A stretch of 64,000 nt of DNA from contig OX597823.1 of the NCBI GenBank assembly GCA_951406725.2, forward strand, positions 54,746,001 to 54,810,000, read 5' to 3'. This DNA comes from Octopus vulgaris (lineage: Eukaryota). Numbering within the stretch: the first letter of the stretch is position 1; the number at the start of each line of letters is the position of its first letter. A model generated the notes under the pieces. The model saw nothing but the letters and a program-made list of their open reading frames with translations. It was not told where the DNA came from and did no database searches. Both the position numbers and the translations under genes were made by a program. Shown here in pieces: positions 1 through 12,924 of this stretch.

Positions 1-361
1 GTCCACAAGGAATGGTACATGCTAGAATTCTAAATTTATAAAGTGAAGGAGAGGTGACGAACCTCTCTGTGACTTCTCTCACTTCTTATCATTAAATACT
101 TTACATGATCATCATCGTTTAGATGTCCACATTTCGATGCTTGCAAGAGTTGAATGGAATTTATTGAGACAGATTTTTCTATGGCTGGATGCCCGTCTTT
201 TTGCAAACCCTTACTTGTTTCCAAGCAAGGTAATATTTCTCCCATGGTCAGACATGTTTTAAAAGAAGAATGGAAATGAATAACACTCACAACTATCATG
301 TGATATCAAGGCAAAGAGACAGCAACACACACACACGTACATTTATATATCTTATATGTAT

Positions 362-740
362 TCTTTTATTTGTTTCAATTATTTGACTGTGGCCATGCTG
401 GAGCACTGCCATTAGTTGAAAAAATCGACTCCAGGACTTATTCTTTGTAAGCCTAGTACTTATTCCATCGGTCTCTTTTACTGAACTGCTAAGTTACGGT
501 GACGTAAACACACCAGCATCAGTTGTCAAGCAATGGTGGGGGTACAAACACACATGCACACACACGCACACATATATACAACAGGCTTCTTTCAGTTTCC
601 ATCCACCAACCCACTCACAAGGCTTTGGTCAACCCAAGGCCATAGTAGAAGACACTTGCCCAAAGTGCCACACAGTGGGACTGAACCTGAAGCCATGTGG
701 TTGGTAAGCAAGCTACTTACCATACAGCCACTCCTGCACC
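362..740 (-). mobile_element. tRNA-derived CORE-like SINE with an internal CA/TA microsatellite
   Basis: Reverse complement of the family consensus ggagtggctgtgtggtaagtagcttgcttaccaaccacatggttc..ggttcagtccc..gcaccttgggcaagtgtcttctac...ctccagcatggcc.cagtcaaatgactgaaacaa. Confidence 0.85.
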
Positions 741-1023
741 TGTATGTGTGTGTATATATATATATGTATGTATCATCATCATCATCATTTAATGTCTGTT
801 TTACTTGCTGGCACAGGTTGAATGGTTTGGCTAGTGGTGGCAAGCTGGAAAGCTGCACCAGGTTTCAGTTGACTTTTACGGTTGGATGCCTTTCCCAATG
901 CCAACCATTTTACAGAATGTACTGGGTGCTTTTTACATATTACTGGTACAAGTACTTATTACATGGCACAGGACTGATAGAGTCATTGAGTAACATGCAG
1001 GACAAAACCCACTAACCACATAT

Positions 1024-1429
1024 GAATCGTTGGTGATTTTCTTCCTCTGTCTTCCCTTCTACTGGACTCTCCTCTGTTTCCAAAGAAGAGCACTTGCTCA
1101 AAACATTAAACCATCTTTCTTTCCTTTCCTGAGCATTTGCTAACACATTACATGTGCGACATCCTTGCGTTGTTTTTTGTGTTTGTTCTTTTTGGATTTA
1201 CTATATATATATATATATATATATATACATACCACGTGTGTATCATTGGCGATTGTTTTCCTCCCTTTTCCCTTCCTTGGATCTTTCCTTTTCCTATGTT
1301 TCTGACGAAGAGCTCCGCTTGAAACGTTAATCCTCCTTCTTTCTTTCCTTTCCTGAGTGTCCAATAACACTATACTTGTTCCATGTCCTCGCATTGTTGT
1401 GTTTTCTCTTTGTGTTTTTATGTTTGGAT

Positions 1430-1435
<6 letters not shown>
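1024..1435 (+). mobile_element. Two tandem copies (about 1024-1203 and 1240-1435) of a short pyrimidine-rich repeat carrying a hammerhead-like core, each followed by (TA)n
   Basis: The copies align over about 180 nt; copy 2 contains GTTT-CTGACGA-AGAGCTCCGCTT-GAAAC-GTT-AATC. Confidence 0.7.
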
Positions 1436-1460
<25 letters not shown>

Positions 1461-1835
1461 GTGCCTGTGGCACGTAAAAAAACACCATCCGAGCGTGGCC
1501 GTTCACCAGCCTCGTCTGGCACCTGTGTCGGTGGCACATAAAAAGCACCCACTACACTCACGGAGTGGTTGGCGTTAGGAAGGGCATCCAGCTGTAGAAA
1601 CACTGCCAGATCTGACTGGCCTGGTGCAGCCTTCGGGCTTTCCAGACCCCAGTTGAACCGTCCAACCCATGCTAGCATGGAAAGCAGACGCTAAACGATG
1701 ATGATGATGATAATGATATATATATATATCATCATCATCATCATCAGTAGTTAATATATCCCAAAAAGAAGCACACTTTAAAGCATTAGAGCAGTAATAC
1801 ATTTTTTAGGAAGTTAAAAGTTATGGCCAATCACA

Positions 1836-2470
1836 GAGTGATCATTGTTTTGCACCAATAAAACACTTAACTGTATAGGCAACTCATCAGGCTCAAATGG
1901 CTGAAGGTGCATAACCTCTCTACAACTGGAGGAAGAAATATGTAAGAGTCAGTTGGTTTTGTAAACAAAAAATAATTGTCCATGCTGTAGTTAGTAGGAC
2001 GGGGTTATCCCCCTTACATTGGCGCCGACCATGGTGATATTCAAAGGAGCTGTGACAGGACTATTCAATGAATGGGGAGTTCCAAGTCTGAGATAAGAAA
2101 CGTTTTAATTGAGGGCATTGATTGAATACTTCTTTCCTGGAGTTTAAAAAGCTTCCTGGGTCGGGTGAGTTTTTTAGCCAAGCAAAGCTTACATTGTTTG
2201 CTCCCATTTATATATGCCCCTCGTTCAAGGAGCCTTCATTTAATTATGAATGGGGCTGGCTGAGGACATGATGATGAACTTTTCCATTATCCTAAAAGAG
2301 GATATGTGGTTGTTCAGATGTTGCTTAAATAGGTGTGTAGTTGAACCAACATATTTTCGAGCTTGTGTATTGGATATGCTACCACTGCCAATGCTTATTT
2401 TGTTAACTCCGAGTCTGATGTTGTTGTTGTTGCTGAAGTCGCTGCTGGTGCTGATATTCCATGATGACAT
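1836..2470 (-). mobile_element. Penelope-like retroelement 3' remnant (GIY-YIG endonuclease plus pLTR with a decayed hammerhead motif)
   Basis: Minus-strand frames give KYVGSTTHLFKQHLNNHISSFR, LLERGAYINGSKQCKLCLAKKL and FLNSRKEVFNQCP, typical of the PLE endonuclease C-terminus, with frameshifts. They are followed by a CTGATGA...AAAAC motif at 1836-1894. Confidence 0.75.
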
Positions 2471-2774
2471 GGATAGCTAGAAATAGCTGTTATAAAACCT
2501 TCAGATCATGCTAGCTGGGAAAAGTTTTGAACACAGGTCTACTCGATCAAAGATGACCTAGAGTTTGCATAACAATGATGTGAGATGTCTTCCCATGTTC
2601 ATGTGACTTACTAAAAATAGCAACCAAATCTCCCTCAAATAACACTAGCTGGAAGGCAATGAAGAAGGCTGCTATGTGTTTATTTGAATTAATAGAAAGA
2701 ACAACTAAATCTCCCTCAAATCACACTGGCTACAAGATTATTAACCTGTGGCTAAAGAACAATAAGACCGAGTA

Positions 2775-3340
2775 CAGTAGACTGCCACTAATCTGGTAAC
2801 CTGTAATCCAGAAAAAGCAGTAAGCTGGCACTAATTTCAGCTAGGAAAATTTCAAATAATTTCAAATTTCTTGGATCGCCCTGCACCAACTGGCTGCCCT
2901 GCTTTGTTGGTGCTACTTGCTGCATAAACACCCTCGCATCGTTTGTAAATAAAAGCAGGCCTTTCTAGTTTGTATTTTTTTCATTTATTATCGTACCATT
3001 TTTACTTTTAGCCCTAGTCATGGTTCCAATGCATAAAGGAAGTACTTCTCAGAGTGTAAAGCGTAAACACCATACATTGTCCATAGTTGAGCTGTTGAAA
3101 AAACTTGACAGCAGTGTGTCTGTGAAAAGATTGTGTGAATTATATAACGTTGGATTTTCAACAGTTTATGACATTTCAAAAAAAGAAAAAAAAAACAGAA
3201 AGACCAGTTACTCTGCTTTTTTGGCTAATATTGAGTCAAAGAAGGAAAGCAATGAAGGCTGGTAAAATTGATAATCCGGTAAAATCACTAATCTGGTATT
3301 CTCCAGGTTCCAACAATGCCAGATAATCAGCAATTAACTG
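2775..3340 (+). mobile_element. Tigger/pogo-type non-autonomous DNA transposon with a CENP-B-like HTH remnant
   Basis: TA-CAGT...ACTG-TA termini; ORF 3020-3265 KRKHHTLSIVELLKKLDSSVSVKRLCELYNVGFSTVYDI resembles the Tigger/Jerky N-terminal HTH. Confidence 0.8.
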
Positions 3341-3563
3341 TATGACAATAAAAATAAGGTTTGTCATAGTGGAATATCACCATCCTCCTCCTCCACTTCC
3401 TCCTCATCATCATTGTCATCATCAACAACAACAGCAATAAAATAAACAACAATATATATATTTTTTGGTTGAGTTAGTTTATTTCTTTGGCCCACTTCAG
3501 TATTTATTTATTTATTTATTATTTTTTTCTTTTTTAACTTGTTCATTTTTTTTTTCTTCTCAG

Positions 3564-4231
3564 ACAATATTCAAATAAGGTTTTTGTCTCTGTTGTGAGG
3601 GAAATTCTAATATCTGAATCAATGATAATAATAATAATAATAATAATAATAATAGTAATAATGATAATAGTAATAATAATAAAAATTCAAAATAAATACA
3701 TAACCAAAAAAAAACATTGAAAAAATAAAATAACATGTAGTCAATTCAATTGGAATGTCTCAGCATAAAAAAATGAAGGGTCTTTCCTTATTTTCCACAT
3801 CATCCTTCAACTTCTTTCACTTGCATCATCGTTCTACCTCTGTCTCCATCATTTCTTTCTACCCTCCATTTTTTCACCCCCCCAACCCATTGATTCTCCC
3901 GTAAATACTCTTCAGCCTTTCTCCTTTTGTCCATTCAAATGTTTCTTATCCTCTTCCTCCACCTCCAATTCGAACCACTTTTCTTTATTTATTTACTTCC
4001 GTCATCTGCCTCATCATCACATTTCCTCCTACTCTCACTCTCGCACTCTCTGACTCTCTCTCTATCTATCTATCTGTCTGTCTGTCTGTCTATCTATGGC
4101 AATCTCTGTGTATCATTCTTTAATTCTCTCTCTCTTTTTTTGTTTTTGTCCTTACATCACTTGATTTTTGCATTTTGATTAATAACTTTTCAAAATTGCT
4201 GCATACATATTCATAACATTCATTAGTATAT

Positions 4232-4326
<95 letters not shown>

Positions 4327-5001
4327 TGTATATGCATGTGTGTAAATGTATATATGTCTAAGGACATATAATATATATATATATATGTATGTGTGAGTAT
4401 CAATCCAATAGACATGAGTGTGAATATGTATCTTCATATGAATATATATTTATACACACATACTTACACATATCCATACATATATATATGTGTGTATATA
4501 TGTATGTATGTGTATATATATATATATATATATATCTGTAGCTAGATGTATATGAATGTGTACATATAGATATATGTATATTATGTACATAAATATATGA
4601 ATATATATATGTACACAGAAATACATAATACATATATGTATATATAGGTATATACAAAATACATACATACATATATATGTATATATGTATGTATGTATGT
4701 GTGTATGTATGTATGTATGTATGTATGTATGTATGTATGTATGTATGTATGCATGCGTATGCACAAATATATACATACATAAATACTTTTAAAGGTCTTC
4801 AAAAATTCATTCATATATGCACATAGAATTCTTAAATTCACATTGATCAAAATTTTCACTAATATTTTTCAGTACTTTGATTGTTATTTCAAACTTTCCA
4901 TTTCTGTAATATTTTTTCTTCTAAAAAAGAAAACATATAGTACTTTGTAAACATTTCTTTGATTATCTCTGTTTATTTTCACATTTTGATAAAATTTAAT
5001 T

Positions 5002-5053
<52 letters not shown>

Positions 5054-5481
5054 TACATACATGTGTGTGTGTGTTTATGTGTACACATATATGTGTAAAT
5101 ATATGCGCATTTACCACACCCCTGCAAACATAGATAAATACAAATAAGGATACACACACAAATATATATATATAAACACACACACATATATATATTCATA
5201 TGTACATATGTATATAGAATAGTATTGAACAGCGACTATGAGTGTTCAGCATTGCATTTGGTGGATAAATATTCCTTATTTGAGGATACACAGTAAATAT
5301 TATACCAACTGTTTCATGCTTATTATAATTCACAATTTTTCACGGATTCCAATTCAGCCTATTGTTAATTACAGCTATTTTGTATGGAAATTGACATCAT
5401 TACCAACAACCTAAATTGGAATACTTGAATAATTGTGAACATTTCTACACATGAAACAATTGGTAGTCTGTTTATTCACAA

Positions 5482-5548
<67 letters not shown>

Positions 5549-5658
5549 ATGTATGCATATATATGTAAGTTTGTGTATGTATATATACATATATATATAT
5601 ACATATATATATATAAATGCATATATACATATGTATGCAAATATGTGTAGATATATGC

Positions 5659-5703
<45 letters not shown>

Positions 5704-5737
5704 AGTATATGTATTCATCTCTATATCTTTGGATGTG

Positions 5738-5800
<63 letters not shown>

Positions 5801-6287
5801 ATGTATACAAATACATGTACATATACACAAAAATATCCATATATAATTAGATATATATATGTATGTATACAAATATACATATCTATATAAATTGAGGTGA
5901 ATGTGTGTGTGTTAGTGGGTGTCTTGTTTCCCAAATGGAATAAATTGAACTTGATACATAAAGCAGAGCTTTCATTTTATTATTTTGTTAATCATGGCGA
6001 GGCAGTAACTTGGAGAAGAAGTGTTTTGTACCAATCCTGTTATGAAACATATGAGAAGCGCATTGTCAAGGATCTGTAAGCCATAGAGCAATATAATAAT
6101 TTTGGCTAATATGACATAATATAATATATATACACATGTGTATATTTGTGTATACATGCATATAAATGCATTATATTATGTTATGTTATGTGAGGCGAAA
6201 TAATAATGTTGCTCCAAAGCTTACAGTCCCATGACAATGAGCTTCTGATACACACACATAAACACACACACAGATATGTATGTATAC

Positions 6288-6335
<48 letters not shown>

Positions 6336-6438
6336 ATATAGATATATATGTATATATATATACATGAATATATATATATTTATATATACAAATATGCATA
6401 CATATATATATGTATTTGCACACACGTATATACATACA

Positions 6439-6476
<38 letters not shown>

Positions 6477-6502
6477 CATTCATAACTTATATACATATAC
6501 AC

Positions 6503-6547
<45 letters not shown>

Positions 6548-6850
6548 TTTATGTATGCATGTATATTTGTGTACATTGGAATTGGGTGCTGCATACTGGG
6601 GTGGTGTGGAGGAAAACAATTTTCATATTAAGTTTACTAAAGACAAGAAATAAAACAAGCATACACACCCATTTTACAATTTCTGTTCTTCTGCATCCGT
6701 AAATGTATTTGGTTATATTTAAATATGTACATTCAGAATGAACGAGTAGCATTGGTGGAGAGTGATTGTAGTGATACTATGTGGGTGTGAACAAATGAAT
6801 AAAAAATACTCATATAAAATAAAAGCTGTTCCATAAACAAACAAAAAAAA
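3564..6850 (+). other. Probable terminal exon and long 3' UTR of an unidentified convergent plus-strand gene
   Basis: Strong acceptor cttgttcatttttttttttcttctcAG at 3563; short coding remainder (phase 1 xNIQIRFLSLL*, TGA 3596-3598; phase unknown); about 3.3 kb without recognisable SINEs; AATAAA at 6798 and 6818. Confidence 0.45.
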
Positions 6851-6906
6851 AATACAATCACTCAAACAAATCGCTTCTAGTTAGTGCTGATTTCTCTTTG
6901 ATTTTT

Positions 6907-6951
<45 letters not shown>

Positions 6952-6969
6952 TATATGGGTGTGTGCATG

Positions 6970-7021
<52 letters not shown>

Positions 7022-7341
7022 TTGTAACATGAAAAAGAAACTTGCCTTTGTGTATACATATATGCATACATTGTATTACGTAGTTACATACACGAGTATA
7101 AATATGTGTATGTATACACTTGTGTATAATATGCACATACCCATCCTCACATATGCGCACATGCATATATATCTATATACACATATATATATATGTATGG
7201 GTGTGTGTATGTATGTATGAATAAATATATATTTATGCCCATGTGTGTATATATATGTATGTATACTCATATATATATATATATACACACACGTGCATAT
7301 AGGCATATTTCAATATGTATATATGTATGAACAGACATTGC

Positions 7342-7373
<32 letters not shown>

Positions 7374-7440
7374 ACAAACACACACACATAAAAGTATATG
7401 TACATATGTCTATATGTATGTATATATATATGTATATATA

Positions 7441-7510
<70 letters not shown>
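4234..7510. repeat. Region dominated by compound (TA)n/(CA)n/(TATG)n microsatellites (similar tracts about 11060-11450, 26080-26320, 38980-39340, 42180-43230, 55140-55930)
   Basis: Direct reading. Confidence 0.9.
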
Positions 7511-7514
<4 letters not shown>

Positions 7515-7624
7515 TTTCATTTTTATTTAATTGCTAGATATTTTTGCTCAACATTACACTTCAGAATTCCCCACTTGCCTTCACCATCTACCCCATACAA
7601 TGGATTATCTTTTATCTCCTGTTT

Positions 7625-7631
7625 ATCATCG

Positions 7632-7678
<47 letters not shown>

Positions 7679-7681
7679 GTT

Positions 7682-7716
<35 letters not shown>

Positions 7717-7745
7717 TATAATAATAATCATAATCATCATAATCA
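7625..7745. repeat. (CAT)n/(TAA)n microsatellite
   Basis: Direct reading; source of the poly-H, poly-I and poly-M pseudo-ORFs. Confidence 0.95.
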
Positions 7746-8129
7746 TCTTCAGGATTATGTCTGTTTTTTTTTTAAACCTTGATCGTGTTTTTTTTTTATA
7801 AGTCATTATTATGTTCCACCTTTATCACCATCATCATGAATATCATCATTATCATTTTTATCAACATTATAACTTCATCATCATCATTATCATTGTAATT
7901 TGAGAGAAAAAAAATGACATGTTTTTTTTCTTTTTTGCATGTAATTAAGAAAACGGTTAACCCTCTCCATTTATTTAATCTTATCTTTCTTCCCTTCTTC
8001 ATTTTCTTTTTCTTCCTTTTTTCTTTCTTTTTCTTTTTTTTTTTTACTTTTCCTCCTCCCGCTTCTTCCCCTCCTCCTACTCCTTTTTTTCTCTCTTTTT
8101 TTGTAGTGTTTTGAAACATTATTACCATG

Positions 8130-8169
<40 letters not shown>

Positions 8170-8310
8170 TTTCCAAGTAGAATTTTTCTTTTGTTTTTTT
8201 TATATATGTATGTTTATATGGGGGGGGGGGGAGAGGGATGGTTGTGTAGCAGTGTCAGTTATCAACACCATGTTTTCACAACCTTCATACCTTCCCAACT
8301 TATAACTGCT

Positions 8311-8945
8311 GTGCTCACTGAACAAAATTTGGGTGTTTACTGAAGAAAAATCTGTGTGTGTTCACTAAACAATATTTAGGATATTTCCATAACAAAATTC
8401 AGAGATTTCACTGAACAATACCAGAATGTTCACTGACATAAAAAAATACAATAAACAAAATAGGATATTCTTAGTTAAAAAAGCCACAAGTATTTTCATC
8501 AAATTGTATCAGGATGTCCACTAAAATGTATCAGGGTGTTTATTAAATATCATTATGTTCACTAAACAAAATTAATGAATGAAATAAAGGCATTCACTTA
8601 ATGGAACTTGGATGTTCACTAAACAATAGCAGGTGGTTCTCTACATTAAGTCAGTGTTCACTCAGCAAAATTTAGGTACTTACTGAAAAAAAAATCTAGG
8701 CTGTCCACTAAAAAAAAAAATTTAAGTGTGTCCATTGAAAAATTTCCAGTGTACACTGGAAAAAAATTCAAGTTGTTTACTGAACACAATCACTGATAAA
8801 CAAAATGAGTATTTATGAAATAGAACTGGAGTGTTCACTGAACAAAATTTGGATGTTTACTAAAAAAAAAAATCATAGTGATTGCTTGAAGAAAGTTAGG
8901 TGTTTGTCAAAGAAAATGAAGTTGTTCAGTGAACAGAAATTAGAT
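8311..8945. repeat. Degenerate minisatellite of about 23 bp built on the palindrome TGTTCA-C-TGAACA
   Basis: Roughly two dozen variants of gtgttcactgaacaaaatt(t/a)gg; best copy at 8831-8852. Confidence 0.8.
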
Positions 8946-10020
8946 GCTAGTGTAGGGTGTGTCCTATGTTTATAGGTTATTGTTATTTTTGTTTGTTTTG
9001 ATTTTTTTATAGTTTTTCTTAAAGTATAATTATTGTCATATTTTAAGTTTGATATTCACACACACATGCACGCACACACACACACGTATACATACACCCT
9101 TACATATATGTATGCATGTACTGTATAAACATGCAAATGCACTTACATGTACCAACATATATATTTACATGCATACCTACATACATAAATATTTATCACA
9201 CACACATATATATATATATCACACATAAACACACATAAATATGAGAATAAAATTACTAGAATTTACAAAGCCAAAGTGATGGTTTGCATTGGTGAAAAGT
9301 AATATGGTAAGAACCAAAAATGGAGTCATATTATATTTCTGTGAGTGGAAAAAATATCTAATAATTTAAACAGTGATCTTCCATAATGAAATGGATGGCT
9401 TTGATACCTGATCTGTGACTGAAACATTTAGATATTGGCTTTCCATTTAGACATAAATTATGTGTCTTGAGTGCCAAACTGCACAGCTCACCATTTTGAC
9501 AATTAAACCAGCTGCTGAATAACAGAATGTGTGGTATTGATTTCTAAGATAGGCACAAGGTTTCAACCTATAAGGGATGATGGGTGCAGTCAATTATATC
9601 AGCCCAAGTACTCAAATTGTGCTTATTTTTTTGGCTTGTAGTTTCAGATTAAAGGCAAAGTTGACTTTGGCAAGATTTGAACTCAGAATGTAAGGGTACA
9701 ATATGTAGAGGATTTTTGTTTTGTTTTTGCCTGTTATCTCTCTGCTGTTTGTGTCAATCCACTACTACCCATTAATATGCAGCATTGGTGGTTCCAGATT
9801 AGACTAGGCTGAAGTGTGGCAACAAGAACCCAAGACATACATAGTTTCGTAATTTGGTTGGGCTTCTCTATGCCAAGGTGCAACCTGCTTGAGTAAGGTT
9901 TACTCATGTGACAACCCAGTAACAAAAGCAATAGCAAAAAACAACAACAACAACAGCACCACAACCTCAAAAACAACTTCTGAATTGACTATTATAACCG
10001 TTGTGACAACAGCAGGAATA

Positions 10021-10063
<43 letters not shown>

Positions 10064-11059
10064 ACCTTTACATCCACTAATAGACATACATACATACACA
10101 AAACTAAAAGAATAATTACAAATGTATTGATAAAAATTAGGAAAATATGAAACAAAATATACCAAGTAAGTGCCTCCCTACTTTAGAATGGCCAAAATAA
10201 ACTGGCTGAATTAGGAAAGGAATAAAAGAACATAAATAAACCTTAGAATATTTACCAGATAAAAGATTCTAAGTGACCCAAGCTGTCAAGAAATTATAAT
10301 AAAACTTTTCACTGGTGCTCACTAATTAAGTACCAGTAAAGGAAGAAATAACAAGATTAATCACTCTTGTTTTCTCTCGTTACTTAATCCTGATATATAT
10401 TCTAAGCGGAGGTGCATGGCTTAGTAGTTAAGGTACTTGGCTCACAATCGTAAGGTCATGACTTCAGTTCCTGGCGACGCAAGGTGTCCTTGAGGAAGAC
10501 ACTTTATTTCACATTTCTCCAATCCACTCAGCTGGAAAAAATGAGTAGTACCTATTATTCAAAAGGCCAGCCTTGTCACATTCTGTTTCAAGCTAAATCT
10601 CCCCGAGAACTACATTAAGGGTGTACCATGTTTGTGGCTGGTTCAGCCACTTGAATGTTAGTTTCATGCACTGTTCCATAGATTGGATGAACTAGAACCT
10701 GTATCATCATATCCAACAGATTGTCAGTTTTTAAAAATATTTTATGGATGCTGCAGTCTGTACATCTGCATCATATTATTATGTGCATAGCAATATGATT
10801 ATATTTTGTGGATGTAAGCAGTAGAGTGCAGTAGACCATATGGTGCTCTAAATGAATGATCATATGCCAGGCCTTATCTAGGCTCATCAATAACAAATAT
10901 ATAGATGTATCATGGACCTAAGAATCAGAGGTGTCTCTGTAAAGAATATTTCATAAATTTGAACTCTGGATGGTACTCTATTTTATACAACTTGTATTGA
11001 AATGTTTTTTTAACCTTTGCCTATTGGAATGGACCTATCACCCTCTCTCTCTCTCTCTC

Positions 11060-11123
<64 letters not shown>

Positions 11124-11156
11124 CTTTATTTAAAAGCAGCAGAAATATAACAAAAG

Positions 11157-11194
11157 CTGTTACTCAGAGTTTCACGTTCCCGTTTGTCGGACAG
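11157..11194 (-). ncRNA. Hammerhead-like motif with a decayed core, inside a (TA)n-flanked repeat
   Basis: Minus strand CTGT-CCGACAA-ACG-GGAA-CGT-GAAACTCTGAGTA-ACAG: all three helices are intact and the core deviates from CUGANGA at two positions. Confidence 0.55.
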
Positions 11195-11275
11195 TTTTGT
11201 TAAAGCATATTACTCTACCTCTGGTATTTGAGTACTTTTTTTCCCACCTTGTTTCACATTTATGTGCTTACTCCC

Positions 11276-11416
<141 letters not shown>

Positions 11417-11892
11417 GTACACATATATATTTATCTATATGCGTATATATGAATAATCAACAGGGAAATTCATTATGTATATATATATGTTTAAAACATA
11501 TAATATAATATATTTAATGTATAATATTTATAATTATTATTATTAATAGCAGTGCTGCATCACTGATGACTGAGCTTTGGGATCGGGTTGTGCCACTTTC
11601 AAAGCAATATCATCTATTGATTGTCCTTCTATCTGTCATTTGTATAGGTTAGGCCTCATTGTATAAAAAGCTGTTTTTCTTCTATAGCAAAAATACGTAA
11701 ACATTGCAAGTGAGAGGTGTCAGCCATCTCAGTTATCGTGTGCATTATATATATGTGAGTATGTTAGTGTTTCTTTTTGCATCAAGTTATTGTAAACACA
11801 AGAATGGCATTGATAGTGACTTTGAAGTTTTGGCCTTCTTAGCCTTCATTAGACTGATGCAAGCATATGTGTATATATGTGTGTGTGTGTGT

Positions 11893-11930
<38 letters not shown>

Positions 11931-12924
11931 TGTGCTTTAAGCACTTTCTGTGGACCAGTATTTGAATATTGTCCATGAAGAGAGTTTTGTATGTGTGTGT
12001 GTTTGGGGGGGGGTGTATACAAAATCCTTAGATGTAGGCATGGCTAAGGACTTAAGAAGCTCACTTTTCAATCCCACTGCAAGGTATCTTGAGAAAGTGT
12101 ATTTTACCATATCTTAGAGTTAACCCAAACCCTGTAAGTGAAATTTGGCCTACAGAAACTATATGGAAGCCCATTGGATGGACTATATCTGTAATTTAAA
12201 AGTCCGGCCTTGTCTCAAATTGCATCATACTAACTCTGTCTTGAGTATTACATTAATGACATGCATGTCTGTGGAATACATGCCCCTTATACATTAATTT
12301 AATGAGTAGGTAATTAGTTGATAGAATAATTAATCAGTTGATAGAATAATTAGGTGCTCATTTGCTAAACCTGATGGAGAATCCATTATATCTCTGCATG
12401 CTTAATGTAGAAAGTAACCATTTCTTTCTGAAAATTCCTTACTCTTTCCTTATTATAGACAGAATAAGAATCATATGGCTTTATGCTCCTGAATCATATT
12501 AATCAAATGATATTCTGCTTTGAAACCACAACAAAAATAGATTTCTGTGGTCAGAAAACAACTGCTGCATTGAAATGAATGTTTCCAATTTATGAGGCCC
12601 AGATTGGAATCTCTTGCAGATGTAATGGTTTGAGTTCTCAAAAAGGGTGAGAACATATTTGACATGTTTTAAGAGACATGTCCCAAATCTGTATCACATA
12701 CACACTTACTTGTACAATGAAGCACACACTCAAACACTCACATACTCGTGTGCATGTGTTTGATCAAATATGCACACAAGCATGCGCAAACACAAATGCA
12801 CAAACAACTATACATACTCATACAGTACCATGCATAGATATACACACATGCTCTTTCTCTCTATTTCTCTCTTTTTCTCCCCACCTTACACATGTATGCA
12901 TATGTAGATATATATTTATAAATA

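Noticed and set aside
4179-7806. Many ORFs rich in YI/HT/CV, poly-H, poly-I or poly-M
   Set aside because: Translations of di-, tri- and tetranucleotide microsatellites; no coding signal.
8311-8945. Possible CRISPR-like array or canonical iron-responsive elements
   Set aside because: Eukaryotic context, no unique spacers of constant length and no cas genes. The hairpins lack the IRE N6 and bulged-C geometry. Kept only as a minisatellite finding.
9734-9976. Minus-strand 80-aa ORF as a further Syd-1 exon
   Set aside because: It starts in a (TTG)n repeat, has no polypyrimidine acceptor and no homology that I recognise.
11563-11600. CTGATGA as another hammerhead core
   Set aside because: No matching helix II or GAAA at an appropriate distance.
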